From the IMG/VR virus record IMGVR_UViG_3300012921_000082: DNA of 39,645 nt. One strand, 5' to 3'. Shown here piece after piece: positions 36,540 to 39,645 of this stretch (position 1 is its first letter; each line of letters starts with the position of its first letter). The stretch comes from a virus (taxonomy: Duplodnaviria; Caudoviricetes). The notes beneath the pieces are model-generated. The model was not told the DNA's origin. It made no database searches and worked only from the letters and a program-made list of their open reading frames with translations. The translations under genes and the position numbers were made by a program.

Positions 36540-37241
36540 ATGACCAGCAACGTGCCCACCGGCGCGGCGACTACTGTTGCGCGGACCAAGTGGCGTCTCG
36601 CACGCAGCTTGGCGGTGCTGCGTGACCAGATCAATGCGCTCTCTCCGAACCGGTCGAAGGTCGCCGATGGTACAGTCGGCGACACCGCCCACTCGGCGCG
36701 CCGGTCAGACCATAATCCGAACGCCCTCGGAGTGGTGCAGGCCATCGATCTGACCGATGATCCATCGCACGGCGTTGACAATCGCAGGCTCGCGCAAGCT
36801 CTGCTCGACAGCCGCGATAGCCGCATCAAGTACGTGATCGCCGACAGCGAGATCGCATCGGGCGCTGCCGGCCCTTCGCCGTGGATCTGGCGGAAATACG
36901 TCGGCACCAACGCGCACCGGCATCATGTTCATATCTCGGTCGCCGACGATCCGAGGCTTTATGACGATGCGTCTGCATGGAACCTCCCGGGTTTCGATGT
37001 AGCGCCGGCGCAGGCCGCGAAGCCGGTGACGAAGCCAGTCTATCCGGTGCTCGCCAAGGGCACCAAGGGAACCGACGTCGAGCGCCTCCAGAAGCTGCTC
37101 AACGACAAGGGTGCGAAGCTCATTGTCGATGCAGATTTCGGCGATCGCACCGAGAGGGCCGTGCGCGCCTTCCAGAAGGCCGCACGTCTGACCGTCGATG
37201 GTCGCGTTGGCCCTCAGACCTGGGAAGCACTGCTTTCCTGA
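36540..37241 (+). CDS. Endolysin: Zn-peptidase (M15/LAS-like) + PG_binding_1
   Basis: GD.AH...SDHNP...AID...HVHIS; C-terminal LQKLLN...D.DFG..T..AV..FQ....L.VDG.VGP.TW. Confidence 0.85.
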   Translation: MTSNVPTGAATTVARTKWRLARSLAVLRDQINALSPNRSKVADGTVGDTAHSARRSDHNPNALGVVQAIDLTDDPSHGVDNRRLAQALLDSRDSRIKYVIADSEIASGAAGPSPWIWRKYVGTNAHRHHVHISVADDPRLYDDASAWNLPGFDVAPAQAAKPVTKPVYPVLAKGTKGTDVERLQKLLNDKGAKLIVDADFGDRTERAVRAFQKAARLTVDGRVGPQTWEALLS

Positions 37242-37292
37242 AGCAATCCCGCGCCGGCCGGGCCCGTCGGCATTTTCAAGAAGGAAGTGAAG

Positions 37293-37568
37293 ATGTCTTG
37301 GTCGTACAACAAGCTGGGTAGAGCCGGCAAGCTGGCCGAAGTCGTCAAGCAGCAGGTTGCTGGCGTCGGAGGCTGTCCGAAAGGTTCGGCGGAGGAATCC
37401 GCCAAGAACCAGGTGGGCGAAATGCTCGAAACGCTGGTGATGAGCCTGCCGGCGGAAAAGATCGTGAAGATCGAAGCCAGTGGGTCCGCGTGGAATCAGA
37501 GCGATGGTTCGGCACTTAGTCAGAACCTGAAGATCGAACTCACCACCATCGGCGATCTCGTCGAGTAG
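37293..37568 (+). CDS. Hypothetical protein
   Basis: 91-aa ORF with AAGGA SD in the lysis region. Confidence 0.7.
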   Translation: MSWSYNKLGRAGKLAEVVKQQVAGVGGCPKGSAEESAKNQVGEMLETLVMSLPAEKIVKIEASGSAWNQSDGSALSQNLKIELTTIGDLVE

Positions 37569-37677
37569 CGCCAACCCGAGCCCGGCCGGGTGAGCCGGGC
37601 ACTCTCTGACGCTTCAGTTTTTCGGCGAACAGTCCCGAGACACTTCAGTCGTCTCACCACCTCAAAAGGAAAACACC

Positions 37678-38187
37678 ATGTTCTCGCTCCTTTCAGCGAG
37701 CGCACTGCTTTGCGTTGCGCTCTTCGCCTTCCGTCGTTTCCTGATCATCCCGTGGTTTGTCTGCACCGTCGTCGACTACGTCACCTGGCCTCTCGGCTGG
37801 CATCGAGGCAAGTTCGGCGCCGACGCCATCCACTTCGTCCGTCGCGATGCCAATGCCAAGCGCCTTACAAGGCTGAAGCCTCACCGTGGTGGCTCGCTGT
37901 TCGCGCTCGCTGCCGTCATGCTGGTCGTTGCCGGCTGCCAGACCAGCCAGCTCGATGGCAGCCTCCAGAAGAACCTGCCAGCGATCTGTACAGCCTCCGA
38001 GCAGGCGCACCGCTTGTATCTGCTCGCCGTCGCCGCCGACCGTGTGTCGGAGAGGACGCAACGGCGCGTCGACACCGCCTGGGTGTCGCTGCAGCCTGTC
38101 TGCGCTGACCCTTCCAAACAGACCGCCGTCGACATCATCACCGCCGCGTTCGCCGCCTACCTGACAATCTCGGCGGCCACCCACTGA
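37678..38187 (+). CDS. Putative lipoprotein / spanin-like protein
   Basis: AAGGA SD; N-terminal hydrophobic segment, internal lipobox LVVAGC, hydrophobic C-terminus. Confidence 0.55.
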   Translation: MFSLLSASALLCVALFAFRRFLIIPWFVCTVVDYVTWPLGWHRGKFGADAIHFVRRDANAKRLTRLKPHRGGSLFALAAVMLVVAGCQTSQLDGSLQKNLPAICTASEQAHRLYLLAVAADRVSERTQRRVDTAWVSLQPVCADPSKQTAVDIITAAFAAYLTISAATH

Positions 38188-38214
38188 TCAACCTCGAACA
38201 AAAGGAACACGACG

Positions 38215-38556
38215 ATGTTGAAGTCGATCGCATCCATCTTCACGACATCGGCGCCGGTCGGCGTCGCCTTACGTTATCTGGGCACCATCCTCGGGACGGT
38301 GCTGACCGTCGCCGGTGTTCTCGGCTTGCTCGACCAGGCGCAGATCGACGCGCTGCGCAATGAGATTCCTGGCTTCGTCTCGGCACTCTCTGCCCTGGCA
38401 ACCGCTGCCGTCGCGATCTACGCGATTTTCACCAAGTCGAGCTCGGACAAGGCGGCCGAGGTCGCCAAGCAGGTCGATGCCAAGGTTCCCGCCGACGCCC
38501 TAGTCATCGTCAAGACGCCGGCAGGACAGCAGGACATAGTCGTCCACCCAAAATAG
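38215..38556 (+). CDS. Putative holin
   Basis: 113 aa with two TM segments and a charged C-terminus; lysis cassette. Confidence 0.68.
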   Translation: MLKSIASIFTTSAPVGVALRYLGTILGTVLTVAGVLGLLDQAQIDALRNEIPGFVSALSALATAAVAIYAIFTKSSSDKAAEVAKQVDAKVPADALVIVKTPAGQQDIVVHPK

Positions 38557-38628
38557 CACCGCGCTTCATCGCCCGGCCGGATCGCCCCCGGCCGGGCCAA
38601 CTCAATGCATGGAATAGGGCACGGGCTG

Positions 38629-39219
38629 ATGGATGACACGATGGTGAACCCAATGAACGAGGCTCCGCGGCCTACGTCTCCCGATCCGAATTGGGGTGCG
38701 TTCAGCGAGCGGATCACCAACCTCAACCGTCGTCAGACTGATTTCGAGGCCGAGACGCGCGCCAGCTTCCGCTCCGTGGAATCAGCCATGGACAAGATGG
38801 CGACCGAAATGCGTTCGGGATTGGCCAACCTTTCGACCAACCTCGCCGACAGGAACAGGCCGCAATGGACAGCGATCAGCGTCGCGCTGAGTTTCGCGGT
38901 GATAATCGGCGGAATGGCCTATTGGCCCATCCGCGAGACCACCAGCGACCTCAAAGCAGCAATTCTCGAACAAGCAAAGCAGACGGCGCAGAATATCAAG
39001 GACCTCGATGTCAACACAGTTTCCCGCCAGGAGATGGACTGGCGATCATCACGATCCATTGAGGATCGCGCCCGAATTGAAGGTGCGATAGCCGATATCA
39101 GGGCCAACCTCGTGCCGCGCACGGAGAATGAACGCGTCTGGCAGTTCTACGAACAGCGTCTTGCCGATCAACAGCGTCAAATCGACAGAATTCGCGAGGG
39201 GCGAGGTTCGCCGCCATAG
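38629..39219 (+). CDS. Coiled-coil protein with a central TM helix
   Basis: WTAISVALSFAVIIGGMAYW between helical regions; start uncertain. Confidence 0.7.
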   Translation: MDDTMVNPMNEAPRPTSPDPNWGAFSERITNLNRRQTDFEAETRASFRSVESAMDKMATEMRSGLANLSTNLADRNRPQWTAISVALSFAVIIGGMAYWPIRETTSDLKAAILEQAKQTAQNIKDLDVNTVSRQEMDWRSSRSIEDRARIEGAIADIRANLVPRTENERVWQFYEQRLADQQRQIDRIREGRGSPP

Positions 39220-39242
39220 TCCCGAATAGGCTGATCATTTTT

Positions 39243-39273
39243 GCCCGCCCCGGTTCGCCGGGGCGGGCTTTTT
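39243..39273 (+). terminator. Late operon terminator
   Basis: GCCCGCCCCGG-TTCG-CCGGGGCGGGC-TTTTT. Confidence 0.9.
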
Positions 39274-39645
39274 CTATTTCTGCCTAGGGCCATCCAGCCG
39301 ACAACCATAGGCCGCAACCACAATGTTTGCCTTGCCCCTGCATTCGTAGCAGGGATCGTCGCAGCGGCCGCCTTCCCCGCGCCGGCAGATCATCAGAGCG
39401 ACCTCGTCCCGCGTTGGCTTCTCGTGGCACTTGCTGAGTTGGTGCGCCACGATATGCGCCGTTGGCGGCGAGAGGATCACCCGCTTGCTCATGGCGGCCC
39501 GCTCGGAGATCCAGCACGCGAGCTCGAATAGATCGCGCCAGCGGCGGTTCTCTGCCGGCGCCGGCGTCTCCCTTACGAGCGATGCGGCTACGCGCGCAAC
39601 TTCGTCCGGTCTTAGTCCAGGCTCTCTTCTCGGGTTGTGACTCAT
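39274..39645 (-). CDS. Hypothetical protein with C-x7-C-x3-C-x2-C motif
   Basis: 123-aa ORF converging on the late terminator. Confidence 0.62.
   Translation of the reverse strand: MSHNPRREPGLRPDEVARVAASLVRETPAPAENRRWRDLFELACWISERAAMSKRVILSPPTAHIVAHQLSKCHEKPTRDEVALMICRRGEGGRCDDPCYECRGKANIVVAAYGCRLDGPRQK

Noticed and set aside
1-39645. Call as an integrated prophage
   Set aside because: No integrase, repressor, att site or host gene is visible, so lifestyle cannot be determined from this window

Overview
The window is part of a GC-rich HK97-fold, long non-contractile-tailed phage genome, probably infecting an alphaproteobacterium (Rhizobiales-like promoter consensus; host is an inference). 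It has two divergent arms. (1) Plus strand, 11.4-39.2 kb: a conventional late cluster of HNH, terS, terL, portal, protease, capsid, head-tail joining, tail tube, frameshifted tail chaperone, tape measure, tail tip, two fibres and lysis genes, interrupted by a two-gene reverse-strand insert. (2) Minus strand, 10.55 kb to 1: an early operon driven by a near-consensus sigma70 promoter and followed by a boxA-like element, a roughly 640-nt hairpin-dense leader and an internal terminator. The most striking content is in the early arm. A MoxR-like AAA+ ATPase and a HEXXH-metallopeptidase/VWA protein flank a mostly translationally coupled array of seven highly diverged small paralogues, with an eighth beside a DUF3150-like gene. 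These share a beta-strand motif and a C-terminal helix and look like interchangeable adaptor or effector modules. Seven copies of a covarying 4-bp hairpin with a 4-nt loop sit 5-7 nt upstream of GGAGA ribosome-binding sites in this arm. Between the arms lie a cos-like signature and 11 helically phased GGAC repeats. No integrase, repressor, replication gene, tRNA or CRISPR was recognised. All product calls come from motif recognition and synteny, not database searches.
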